Shown here: positions 1 through 9,629 of the stretch, one piece after another
Numbering within the stretch: the first letter of the stretch is position 1
How the letters are laid out: every line of letters starts with the position of its first letter
Assembly (NCBI RefSeq): GCF_000328665.1
Contig: NC_019972.1
Coordinates: 124,001-188,000 of the forward strand
DNA: 64,000 bases
Origin: Methanomethylovorans hollandica DSM 15978
Lineage (GTDB): Archaea > Halobacteriota > Methanosarcinia > Methanosarcinales > Methanosarcinaceae
Direction of reading: 5' to 3'
The notes under the pieces: model-generated
Seen by the model: only the letters and a program-made list of their open reading frames with translations
Told to the model about the DNA's origin: nothing
The model's database searches: none
Program-made: the position numbers and the translations under genes

Positions 1-62
1 TGGACTTCAGTCTGAACAGGATAGATTCATATCTGGGGAGTGAGAAGGCTGTTGCGGAGTAA
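1..62 (+). CDS. 3' end of a CDS entering the window (…DFSLNRIDSYLGSEKAVAE*)
   Basis: Open frame from the window edge to TAA at 60-62, followed by AT-rich intergenic DNA. Confidence 0.35.
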   Translation, partial: DFSLNRIDSYLGSEKAVAE

Positions 63-143
63 AAATATCATTAACAACTGATTTAGGTTACTTTATTTTA
101 TTCTTGAAAAACAAGTATTCATACAAAACATCAATATGTTTAT

Positions 144-368
144 ATGCATAAGACTCGAAACTACTATAGTATGAAAAGTGCTCATATTTTCAAAAATCCT
201 CGCAGATCAGGAAGTAAAAAGGATGCGCCAAAAACAATATATCCTTCAGAGGATTCTTTGGATCCGGCATTTGTTAAAGAGGTCGAGCACAGAAGACAAG
301 AAGTCCAGAATGGAAAAGGTATTAGATTTGATACCGCAGAAGACCTTTTTACAAACCTTGAAAAATGA
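144..368 (+). CDS. Putative antitoxin of a RelE/ParE type II TA pair (start may be ATG at 171)
   Basis: Small protein with acidic C-terminal 'G..FDTAEDLF..L' typical of RelB-like antitoxins; ATGA overlap with the toxin gene. Confidence 0.7.
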   Translation: MHKTRNYYSMKSAHIFKNPRRSGSKKDAPKTIYPSEDSLDPAFVKEVEHRRQEVQNGKGIRFDTAEDLFTNLEK

Positions 369-628
369 CTTATCAGATCATCTTATCTCCTGATTTTGAG
401 AAAGATACAAAAGTCTTATTTAAAAAGGATCCTGCTCTATATGATCGTTTTAAGAAAACGGTTTATAATATATTGGAAAATCCGTTTTGTGGAAAGCCAC
501 TACGCAATGTGCTAAAAGGGCTTCGCAGAGTTCATGTTGGGCACTTTGTACTCATATACGAACTCGATGAAACCCATAGGACTATCACACTTTTGAGCTT
601 CACACATCACGATAAAGCATATAAATAA
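365..628 (+). CDS. relE: RelE/ParE (StbE-like) type II toxin
   Basis: 87 aa; 'Y.I..S..F.KD.K.L', 'NP..GKPL...LKG.RRVHVG.F.LIY', 'HHDKAY' typical of archaeal RelE. Confidence 0.85.
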   Translation: MTYQIILSPDFEKDTKVLFKKDPALYDRFKKTVYNILENPFCGKPLRNVLKGLRRVHVGHFVLIYELDETHRTITLLSFTHHDKAYK

Positions 629-694
629 CAAAAAACGCTATGCTTAAGTATGTTTTCACAAATTCGTATCTTCTCTATTTTTGATGGTGTAAAA

Positions 695-1825
695 TCACAT
701 TATATTGTAAAACTTTGTATTATAGATCTCAGCTATTTCCTTTTCTGCTTCAGGTACCAGCAGTTTGGTCACCATGGAGATAGAGCAAGAATCCAGGTCC
801 ATGAAAATCTTTGCGTTTTCCACTGCGGTAGATTTTGCAGAAAAAGAGCTCATGATATCCGATAGGTTCTCTCTTGTTATTGTTTCGGTCTGATCAGAAT
901 AAGTCTTTGTTTCCAAAAGGACAACGCACGGTTTCTGCACAATGTGCACTGCGATTATTTCTGGTCTCAACCACCGGGAATGCCTTTGTCGCAGTTCATG
1001 TACGATATTGGATGACATGGGATAATCTTTCACAAAAGCAACAATCTTATTGACCTCATCCATGATGTTGTGGATAATTTGCATGCGCAGATTCACACTG
1101 CCCTCATATTCCAGAGCTTTTTCTATGGAAACTGCCCTGAAAACTGCATTATCCATCTCCTCAGATGCACTTTCGACGTGGGTGAAGAACAGTCTCCACA
1201 ATGCAAGCAAAGAAAGTTCCGAGTTGTACGGGACGATCTCCATTACAGAAAGAGCGAATTTCAGGTATGCCTCCAGATCTTTAAGCGTTTTTGTAACTTC
1301 AACGATATCCGAGGAAATACCCAGGTTCATTTTGTTGCTCATCCTGTAATTCATCTCTTTGCCATACTCCTGCTCCATGCGAAGAAGGAGATTCTCAGTA
1401 TCTGCTCCGTAGAATGCATTGAATACCTGTATTGCAGCTTTCCTGTAAGCTTCTGCCCACTCCTTAGCAGGAGTATCAAAATACCCCGGATAATGAGGAT
1501 TAGGCACAAAGAACCATCCGGCGTGGACATGCATCTTTTTGAAATCATCAATGGTAAAGTCGCATTGCAGATCATTCTTCTGCAGATATTCAGCGAAGAA
1601 TTCGAGCTTTTGCTCATGACTGCTCAGGTAAGTTTCATAGTTGTTGTCATATTGGATGTACTTTTCATCAGGCGAGTAGTCTTGCTGCAGGTAAGTGGTT
1701 ATCGAGAACTCGATGGAATTGTCGAATGCTATACAGGCCATTGCCCTGTCAAAAGCAGTATCTTTTTTGAAATGCCATTCAGCCTGTGCTAATATTTCCA
1801 GAGAATCATATGGATATCTGTTCAT
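695..1825 (-). CDS. Hypothetical protein with a possible degenerate HEPN-like N-terminus
   Basis: Long ORF (695..1870); GGAGG RBS precedes ATG at 1825; 'FDRAMACIAFDNSIEFSITTYL' resembles HEPN-like N-terminal helices but no RxxxxH motif is visible. Confidence 0.55.
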   Translation of the reverse strand: MNRYPYDSLEILAQAEWHFKKDTAFDRAMACIAFDNSIEFSITTYLQQDYSPDEKYIQYDNNYETYLSSHEQKLEFFAEYLQKNDLQCDFTIDDFKKMHVHAGWFFVPNPHYPGYFDTPAKEWAEAYRKAAIQVFNAFYGADTENLLLRMEQEYGKEMNYRMSNKMNLGISSDIVEVTKTLKDLEAYLKFALSVMEIVPYNSELSLLALWRLFFTHVESASEEMDNAVFRAVSIEKALEYEGSVNLRMQIIHNIMDEVNKIVAFVKDYPMSSNIVHELRQRHSRWLRPEIIAVHIVQKPCVVLLETKTYSDQTETITRENLSDIMSSFSAKSTAVENAKIFMDLDSCSISMVTKLLVPEAEKEIAEIYNTKFYNIM

Positions 1826-2046
1826 TTTTAACCCTCCAGCCCTGAAAGAAAGACAATGTATGTTTTTCATCGTTTTTTTGGTAATGATTTATATTTATGA
1901 GTTAATAGATAGTATATTATAGTGAATAGTAAGTATATAATTTTATCTATTTGTGTTTACAATTTAAGAGTATATCTAAAACGAATGTATATGAAGACTA
2001 CTCTAACATCAATAAAATTATACTGCAATAGGTTTAGTAATAAATC

Positions 2047-5000
2047 TTAATTATTTGTTTTTTCAACAAAAGCAGCTATTTTTTGCATATGTATGGGTTT
2101 ATAATATAGATATTGCTTTTTGCCTCCAACAACAACATCGATTATATAATAATCTCCCTTTCTTTCTTTAACTTCTTCAGGTGCAACTTCATAATTCAGT
2201 ATTTTTTTTGCAATTTTTAAAATATTGTCCAGATTTCTGTTTGGATGATTTTTCATTAAAGCATGGCAATTTGGACATAAACATATAACATTAAACTCCA
2301 TATTAGTCCATTCATGAGCATTTTCGGTCTCAACGATTCTATAAATGGAAAAATACGGTTGATTGCTACCTATATTTAATTTTGTGTTACATAACTGGCA
2401 ATGTCCTCTATATTGTTCAAATAAAAACTGTTTTGGATCGATGCTATCATATATTTCAGTTTTAATTAAGTGACTATTTTTTCTTTTGATTTTAATTCCA
2501 TCAAGCCGTTTATGGAATTTATCACTATATTTTTGACGGATTTTCTCTTCCTCTTCTGGAGAAACACTATTATCCCACCCGGAGTTATTTGTATTTTTGA
2601 AATAAGTTTTTCCATGTTTACTAAGAGATTTTTCGAACTTCTTCCGAATATCGGATGGTGATGATTTCTTTGGTAAATTTTCTTGTTTCTCCAATGTGCT
2701 TTCATTTTGAGTTCCAGACAGATGAGAAAATGAGGATTTCTTTGATAATTGTTTATGTTCTTCTAGTGTGCTCTCAGTTTCGTTTCCAAGTAGACTATAT
2801 ATTGATGATTTCTTTTGGGACTGCTTTGTTTTTTTCAAAGATGCGATTAGTTCTGGAAGTTTCATTCTATCTTCTTCGTCAAGTGACTGGATTTCATTAA
2901 TAATTCCCTCAAGTTCTGGACATTTTTCTTTTAAGTATTCAGCTACTTCTAACATAAATTGAGCCTTTAGTTTAAGTTTTTCTGCGAGAGTCTTAGCTTT
3001 TGGGCTTTTTATATTGAATTCATCTGGCAAATCTGATAACATTAAGTCTGATGGAAGATGGAAGTTATTTTCTTTGTCGGGAATCCATTGGTGTTCAGTT
3101 AGTAACTTACCTGCTTTTGAATACTCTTCTGATTTTGTAGAGTTCGAATAGTCTTGGCGACTTGAAGATTCAACTGTTCCAGAAATTATTTTGGAATTAT
3201 TCTCTAAAATACTCCATAAGATATGTGCTTTCTGGACAGTGATATTTTTTAAAGCATGTTCTAATCCTTCAATCTCACTATCTGGATCAAATCCATTTAA
3301 ACTTCGTTTATGCCAGCCATGCATACTAGAAATTGTAACATTTCCCCATTCGCTACATTTACAGGTAATATTTATTTGAGATTTACACCCCAACTTTTTA
3401 AATATAATTCTGTCTAAATTCAAATTGGAATATAAACTATCTAGAAGGTAAATATTAGAATTTTCTTCAAAAAAAGTCTCTATATCCCTGTGACCTGTAT
3501 ATTTTTCACCAAGATAGATTTCTAAAGGCTTCTTTAATAAAATTTCTCCTGTACAGATATTTTTTGCATATAATATTGGCGTTGTTCTTAATATCTCCAA
3601 CAACTCTCTTTTTCGGTCTGAATTTATTGATGATAGTATCGTTTTTGAAATCCACTCTATATGTTGTAAATGTACTTCTTTGTCAATTGGCAAGTTTTTA
3701 TCTTCTTTATAGAAAGGCAATATTATATCAATTATTTCTGCTATATCATCAGGTTTTTGTAATTCCAATTCTTCGAGAAATTCTTTTGCTTTTGGGTCGT
3801 TGGCAATGTTATCCTTTATAGTTGGAAAACGTTCTCTGAATTCGGATGGGAAATAAGCATTAGGTTTTCCTTCCTCACTAAAGGGAATAACATGGGAATT
3901 GTTGTCTAACCTTATGATTTCCTTTGATAGAAGAGGGCCTTTTTGATAATATTTCTTCCACAATGCTTTTTGATCTAAAAGAAAAATATAGAACTTTTTT
4001 ACCCATTCATCTGACTGCTTCTCAATAAAGTCAACAGAAAAATCCCTCGCAAACTTGTCTGGGTCGATTTCAGGAACAGAAAGTTCAGTAATTAAATAAG
4101 ATCGAAGTTCAGGAGTTTTATCTTTTGTAATAGTTCCATCAAGCCATTGAAGATTTTCACGATGCAACAAATCACTTATCTGTTTTGAAGATAATAATTC
4201 CCTTAATGATTGTGAGTTGGCTAATATTGCTTGTTTTGCAGTTACATATCCACCATTATATGTCGGAAGGAGAGCATTATCACCGAGGAATTTTTCTTTT
4301 ATTTTCTTGGATATAGGCAAAAAAGTAGAATTATACCTAAGTGCGTTGATATCTATTGAAAGAGTTTGTAAAAAAGAGACGTCAAGTAATTCCATTTCTT
4401 TAATTCTATCGAGACTCTCTGCAGTAAGAATAGCAATTTCTTCAATTAATAATTTATTCCAGTCATTACTAAATATATTATCACGGGAAGTGGTTGTTTG
4501 AAAATTACCTTGAATGAGGAAACTAAGGCCAGTTTTTTTATCTGTAGGGAAAAAAACCACTAACTGAGTGTTATCTGCAGAAATAATCTGTTCTTTTTTT
4601 GAGTTCTCGTCATTTTGAACTAAATATGCAATTTCTACACTCGATTTATTATTACACTCATTTGAAATTGTTCGGCTAAATTTAAGCCAGTTTTCAATAG
4701 ATATTACACTTACATTAGACTCTGAGTAAAGTATGGCTCTTGAGTATGTTGTTTCGTGGTTCGATTTTTTATAATATTTTCCATATGTTCCATCAATCTT
4801 CCACGTAATCTCCTCTATGTTTTTTAGGAATAAAAGTGTCCTTGCTCCAAGACCAATTAATTTAGATTTAATTTCCAAATAGGAATCTTTTTGGTTAATT
4901 TTATCGTTGTTCAGAGGTATTACAAAGAGAGTTTGGCCTTTAATTATGTCATTTCTCTGATTTATTGAATACGGATGCACGTAGTTTTTAATGCAGAAAC

Positions 5001-5388
5001 AATAATGTCCACTGTATATCTCAGGTGATTTGGTATATGCATAAACAGATTTAAAACCAATTCCAAACTTCCCAATTTGAGATATATCTTGTTTTTTAGT
5101 TCCACTGGCCAATCTGCAGATGCCTTTTATGTCTTCTTCATCAAAGGGTATTCCATTATGTCTTATCTCTAATCGATCATTATATAACTCGAAATGAACT
5201 GATTTTATACGTGTGTCTTCCTTATTTAATCTCTCATAAGCATCCTCAGCATTCTGTAAAAGTTCATATATAAAGTGAGTTTTTTCACTATAAAGTTCTG
5301 TCAGTAATGTAGGTCCATACTCATTTACAGCCGTACCATAAAGTCCAATATTTTCTTCTCTGATAACATCATAAATAACATTAGTCAT
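2047..5388 (-). CDS. Sacsin/NOV-like GHKL (Hsp90-type) ATPase fused to a C-terminal HNH endonuclease
   Basis: 'FIYELLQNAEDA', 'HNGIPF', 'IGKFGIGFKSVY', 'FFPT' sacsin-type motifs; C-terminal 'GHCQLC…NVICLCPNCHALM' Zn-binding HNH-like motif; ORF extends to 5400, ATG at 5388. Confidence 0.85.
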   Translation of the reverse strand: MTNVIYDVIREENIGLYGTAVNEYGPTLLTELYSEKTHFIYELLQNAEDAYERLNKEDTRIKSVHFELYNDRLEIRHNGIPFDEEDIKGICRLASGTKKQDISQIGKFGIGFKSVYAYTKSPEIYSGHYCFCIKNYVHPYSINQRNDIIKGQTLFVIPLNNDKINQKDSYLEIKSKLIGLGARTLLFLKNIEEITWKIDGTYGKYYKKSNHETTYSRAILYSESNVSVISIENWLKFSRTISNECNNKSSVEIAYLVQNDENSKKEQIISADNTQLVVFFPTDKKTGLSFLIQGNFQTTTSRDNIFSNDWNKLLIEEIAILTAESLDRIKEMELLDVSFLQTLSIDINALRYNSTFLPISKKIKEKFLGDNALLPTYNGGYVTAKQAILANSQSLRELLSSKQISDLLHRENLQWLDGTITKDKTPELRSYLITELSVPEIDPDKFARDFSVDFIEKQSDEWVKKFYIFLLDQKALWKKYYQKGPLLSKEIIRLDNNSHVIPFSEEGKPNAYFPSEFRERFPTIKDNIANDPKAKEFLEELELQKPDDIAEIIDIILPFYKEDKNLPIDKEVHLQHIEWISKTILSSINSDRKRELLEILRTTPILYAKNICTGEILLKKPLEIYLGEKYTGHRDIETFFEENSNIYLLDSLYSNLNLDRIIFKKLGCKSQINITCKCSEWGNVTISSMHGWHKRSLNGFDPDSEIEGLEHALKNITVQKAHILWSILENNSKIISGTVESSSRQDYSNSTKSEEYSKAGKLLTEHQWIPDKENNFHLPSDLMLSDLPDEFNIKSPKAKTLAEKLKLKAQFMLEVAEYLKEKCPELEGIINEIQSLDEEDRMKLPELIASLKKTKQSQKKSSIYSLLGNETESTLEEHKQLSKKSSFSHLSGTQNESTLEKQENLPKKSSPSDIRKKFEKSLSKHGKTYFKNTNNSGWDNSVSPEEEEKIRQKYSDKFHKRLDGIKIKRKNSHLIKTEIYDSIDPKQFLFEQYRGHCQLCNTKLNIGSNQPYFSIYRIVETENAHEWTNMEFNVICLCPNCHALMKNHPNRNLDNILKIAKKILNYEVAPEEVKERKGDYYIIDVVVGGKKQYLYYKPIHMQKIAAFVEKTNN

Positions 5389-5393
5389 AATTA

Positions 5394-8300
5394 TTACCAA
5401 ACCTTAATATGAACAATTGCTTCCAAATTATAATCTAGTGACAATTCTTGACGATGTTGTAGTTCATTGATTTTAGTTTTATGTTTTGCCTTTTTGCTAT
5501 CAATTCGACCTTTCATTAAACGTACAAATCTTTCATCAGGTGTTTTCCCCTCAGATCTTTGCTTTTCAATATACCGATTGAGACTTTCTTGTAGTTTTTC
5601 GACTTGTAGCTTACAGGACTGTGTTAAAGCAGTTATTCTACTATCAATTTTAAAACGATTTTCTTCTGAGGCAACACGCCTCTTTTCTTCCACAATTTCA
5701 TTAAGATAATCCATTGCAATCTCTAAGAGCTCATTAACATCAATATAATCAGATTCAATTGTTGTAGTACCATCAATAGAATCACATGCCAGCAAGCGAG
5801 GGATTTTTCCAAATAAAGTTCTATAAACTGTTTTTGTATTGATGTCGACAGGTAAGCCTAAAAATTCAATTTCTGTTCTCAAGCCTTCCATGCGCACTTC
5901 AAAAAGAAATACAATATATTCTCCATTTAAAATATATGATTCCGATGGATGAAGGTAAAATCTAAATATTTTATGCAATAGTTTTTCTTTTTCTAGCTGA
6001 TATGTCAAAAAGCGTGACCAATGTCCTGTAGGTGAGAGGAAAATATAATCCTGATAGGTTTCTGCGAGCTGCCCGTCAAAAATAACTTTTACTGGACTAG
6101 ACCCAAATAATGCTTTAAGCTCATTAAATGCACCTTCATTTCCAGGTTTCCTTGAAAAGGCTTCTAGTTGAGTGACAAGGCTTGGAGATAATTCTATAAT
6201 ACCACCGCTGTCATCAAGACTACTGAAAGTGCAACCTTCATGCATAGACAAATAGTTTTGTGTTAATTCTATGGCATCTGAAGGACTGATAAAATTTCCT
6301 TCAGAGATTCTATTTATTGGTTTAGTAAAGTAATCATCACTTAAAAGCTCTGTCCTGTATTTCTCAAATTGTTCGTATTCTGCTTTTGCTGCTTCGATAG
6401 CTTCCTGCAAACGTCGAGATATTTCATTTTTTTGTTCATCAGAAAGGCCTCCTGAAATTATTGCGGTTTGAATATCAGCAATCTCTGTGCCCATTATTGG
6501 TTCAAATGCGCCGATGCCTTCTTCTACTAAATTGATCCTGCGATATAGGCGGTCATAGATTTCCTCGTCAACTGAATTTTTAATAAACATATTTCCAACA
6601 ATTATCTTATCGGCAGTCTGTCCAAATCTATCAATTCTTCCAATTCTCTGTTCTATCCTCATTGGATTATATGGAAGATCATAATTGATTATTGCATGAC
6701 AGTATTGGAAATCAAGACCTTCTCCCCCAACTTCACTGGAAAGAAGAATATCAAAATCTCCATTTTTGAAAGAATCCATTGTCTTATACCTGTCTACAAC
6801 ATCCTGACCATTAGAATTTGAGGGAATGCTACCATGGATAATTCCAACACTATATCCATCCCTTTCAAGACTCTTTTTTAGGTACTCTAATGTCCTTACA
6901 AAAAAAGAAAATACTATTACTTGATGAGTTTCAGGATTTGAAATTACTTTATCAAGCATATGTTTAAACTGAGAATATTTGCTATCAATATTGCATCTTT
7001 TTTCCAGATCATCTAATAACACCTGAAAACTCTCTTTTAAAGTCGTGGGCAGTGCAGTATTACTGATTTCCAAATCATCTTCATAGTCATCGAGCTCAGA
7101 GGGATTTGGTAGATCGAATACTTTGTTTTCTTTTATGGAGGATTCAAGATAGTCCTTCATAGCTGGTATACAACTACTTATCATACGACGATAAGTGTTT
7201 GTAATAAATCCGAGTATTTGAGGATCTTTACCTATAGACAAATAATAATTTTGGATTACTTTTAATGCATGATCTTGAAACTTCAGTTCTTCCTTCGAAA
7301 GAGTTACCGGTAATTCTAAAACTTCTCTCTGAACTTGGTGTTCCAAAGCTTCTCTTTTTCTGGTTCGTGTGAATGAGTAGCTGAGCGGATTTAATGACAA
7401 TAACAAACGGTCATATCTAACGAATTCATCTGGAGACAGATTCTTATCCTGATTTAGTCTGTTGATTAGTTCTTTAATCTCTTCATGTTGCAATATGATT
7501 TTGCCTAAGGGATCCATTTCCAGTTCCATTATATGAGTAAATATCTCTTTTCTCTTTTCAACCAAGTTTTGAGACAATGAATGCCTTATGCGATTTATTT
7601 TAACAACTGGATTGTATAGGGCTTCAAATGTTGTTCTATCAGGAAAAGCAATGTTATTTAGAATATGCATCTGATTATACAAATCACCACTACTGAGATT
7701 CATAGGTGTAGCAGAAAGCATGAGCATCATTTCAGTCATATTTCCCAATAAGCTACCTAATTCATTACTGTCGGTATCAGTATTTCGCAGATGATGTGCT
7801 TCGTCGATTACCACCATACCAAATGTTGCTTCTTCTCTTTTTGAATCTAATTCAATTAAAAGATCAAGATATTCTCTTCTTCTGAATAACTGTAAACCAA
7901 CTACAAAAAAAGCATATTTTTTAGGAAAAATACCATCTTGTATAGTACTATTCAAAACATAATTGAGTTTTTTACCATCAAGTACTTCAAAATCAAGACG
8001 AAAACGTTCCTTCATCTCTCTTACCCATTTTCTTATGAGTGCATTGGGACATACTATTAAGATAGGAGTACTGTGTGTCAATTTTTCTCTTGCAAGCATT
8101 TCAGTTAAAATTATCCCCGTTTCAATAGTCTTTCCAACACCAACTTCATCAGCGATAAAAAGTCTCTCATCAGAATTTGGAGATATAAATTTCAATAAAG
8201 GCTTAAATTGATGTGGATTGAAAATAGTTTTACTACCAAGATAACTATAGAGGTTGCTTTCAAGAGGTTTCGAGAGTCGGAACCATGTTTGAAATATTTT

Positions 8301-8531
8301 ATATTGAGAACAACCTCCAAGATTTTCCGTATAGAAATTTTCCACTAGATTATCTTCTTGAACTGAATATGGTTCTAGATATTTCTCTGCAAAAGTGCGC
8401 GTTTTTCCTTCAACGGTTACTTGATAAGAATAACTTCGTGAGCCTTTAATTACTTTATTAATTGTCCCAATTTTGCCTGTACTAATAACTTTTACATTAT
8501 TACCTGCAATAAAAAGTGGCTCATTGGACAT
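5394..8531 (-). CDS. SNF2/RapA-like SF2 helicase with an N-terminal Tudor/SH3-like domain
   Basis: 'ADEVGVGKTIE', 'DEAHH', 'LSATP', 'GGEGLDFQ', 'NYDLPYNPMRIEQRIGRIDRFGQ'; GAGGTG RBS before ATG 8531. Confidence 0.9.
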   Translation of the reverse strand: MSNEPLFIAGNNVKVISTGKIGTINKVIKGSRSYSYQVTVEGKTRTFAEKYLEPYSVQEDNLVENFYTENLGGCSQYKIFQTWFRLSKPLESNLYSYLGSKTIFNPHQFKPLLKFISPNSDERLFIADEVGVGKTIETGIILTEMLAREKLTHSTPILIVCPNALIRKWVREMKERFRLDFEVLDGKKLNYVLNSTIQDGIFPKKYAFFVVGLQLFRRREYLDLLIELDSKREEATFGMVVIDEAHHLRNTDTDSNELGSLLGNMTEMMLMLSATPMNLSSGDLYNQMHILNNIAFPDRTTFEALYNPVVKINRIRHSLSQNLVEKRKEIFTHIMELEMDPLGKIILQHEEIKELINRLNQDKNLSPDEFVRYDRLLLSLNPLSYSFTRTRKREALEHQVQREVLELPVTLSKEELKFQDHALKVIQNYYLSIGKDPQILGFITNTYRRMISSCIPAMKDYLESSIKENKVFDLPNPSELDDYEDDLEISNTALPTTLKESFQVLLDDLEKRCNIDSKYSQFKHMLDKVISNPETHQVIVFSFFVRTLEYLKKSLERDGYSVGIIHGSIPSNSNGQDVVDRYKTMDSFKNGDFDILLSSEVGGEGLDFQYCHAIINYDLPYNPMRIEQRIGRIDRFGQTADKIIVGNMFIKNSVDEEIYDRLYRRINLVEEGIGAFEPIMGTEIADIQTAIISGGLSDEQKNEISRRLQEAIEAAKAEYEQFEKYRTELLSDDYFTKPINRISEGNFISPSDAIELTQNYLSMHEGCTFSSLDDSGGIIELSPSLVTQLEAFSRKPGNEGAFNELKALFGSSPVKVIFDGQLAETYQDYIFLSPTGHWSRFLTYQLEKEKLLHKIFRFYLHPSESYILNGEYIVFLFEVRMEGLRTEIEFLGLPVDINTKTVYRTLFGKIPRLLACDSIDGTTTIESDYIDVNELLEIAMDYLNEIVEEKRRVASEENRFKIDSRITALTQSCKLQVEKLQESLNRYIEKQRSEGKTPDERFVRLMKGRIDSKKAKHKTKINELQHRQELSLDYNLEAIVHIKVW

Positions 8532-8741
8532 CAAAACACCTCATAAAATTATCAGTGTCCTGATATTTCCAGAACTTATCCACAGTTAGGAGATTGAATA
8601 GATTATTTCTCAATACTATTCTTAGTGCCAAATCCAACGTTCTCGCAGAAATTAGATTTGATTCTTTTAATTCAAATGAAAATTTCAACATAGCTGATCT
8701 AAAATGAAAATATAAGTCAACTTTATGAGAAATTAGTAATT

Positions 8742-9516
8742 CTAAGGCTTGCTTAATCCCCATTTACGTGAAGCTGGCTCAAATTTATTGTAATCAATCA
8801 TTGAATTAGTATATTTATCCATCTCTTTTATTTGTTCACGAATTTTATGATTTTGATCTTCTATTTCTGATATTTTACTTTTTATGTCATTGACTCTCTC
8901 TAAGGTCAATCAGCCGTCTTAACTTTATTGTCCTCTCATTTGCTTCTTTTTTAATCTCTTTTGCTTCATTTTCTATAAACCACAATGGATCATTTTTTTC
9001 CAATCTTGAACATTCAACGTGTAAATCATGTAATTTCAATTTTAAATCTTCTAGATTATGTGAGTATAATTTGTGTATTTCTGACTCGGCAGAGTAGTAT
9101 GTTGTTGTTTCTGTTCTTTTCTGCTGCCTTCTAACCCATTCAGAAAACATTTGTTCAGACAATGTCCTTTCTTTTACAACTTTTTCTTTACGAGCATTTG
9201 CAGCTTTTAAGACTAACAATTTGCGTTCATATTCTTCATTAATCTCAGACTTCTTTTTTTCTACGGCTTGCATCTCTTCTTTTATCTCCCGCATCCTTTC
9301 TTCTTTTATTTTGTATTTAGAAGACTTTACATTTTTTTCTTTGCAAACATTGCTTATCTCTTCGTTCAACTTTTCAATCTCTTCTTCAGTCCTTTTGAGT
9401 TTAATTTTCAACTTCATAATTTTCATTTCATTATCCTTTATCAGTCCAAGTAATTCCTCCGTTGAAAGCCAGTGATGAATTTTTTCATTTTTAACCTGCT
9501 TACGCATACCAATCAT
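8742..9516 (-). pseudogene. Coiled-coil protein with a frameshift in an (AG)4 tract near 8895-8902
   Basis: ORF 8887..9516 is E/K-rich heptad sequence; a second frame continues the coiled coil (ERVNDIKSKISEIEDQNHKIREQIKEMDKY…) to TAG at ~8742. Confidence 0.55.
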
Positions 9517-9629
9517 CCTTTACTATTCTTTTTTGAGAATGTTATGACAAGTTAAACTATTGAACTTGCTACTTATATAGTATCAATGTTTATTATCGGT
9601 GTTATGTCTTTAACCTTTAGAATGTTCTC

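Noticed and set aside
1050..1792. Long plus-strand ORFs (99 and 240 aa)
   Set aside because: Antisense shadows of the minus-strand gene, with no recognisable protein features
8521..8763. 80-aa ORF upstream of SNF2
   Set aside because: No motif; it overlaps both the frameshift-restored coiled-coil gene and the SNF2 RBS/start, so it is probably spurious
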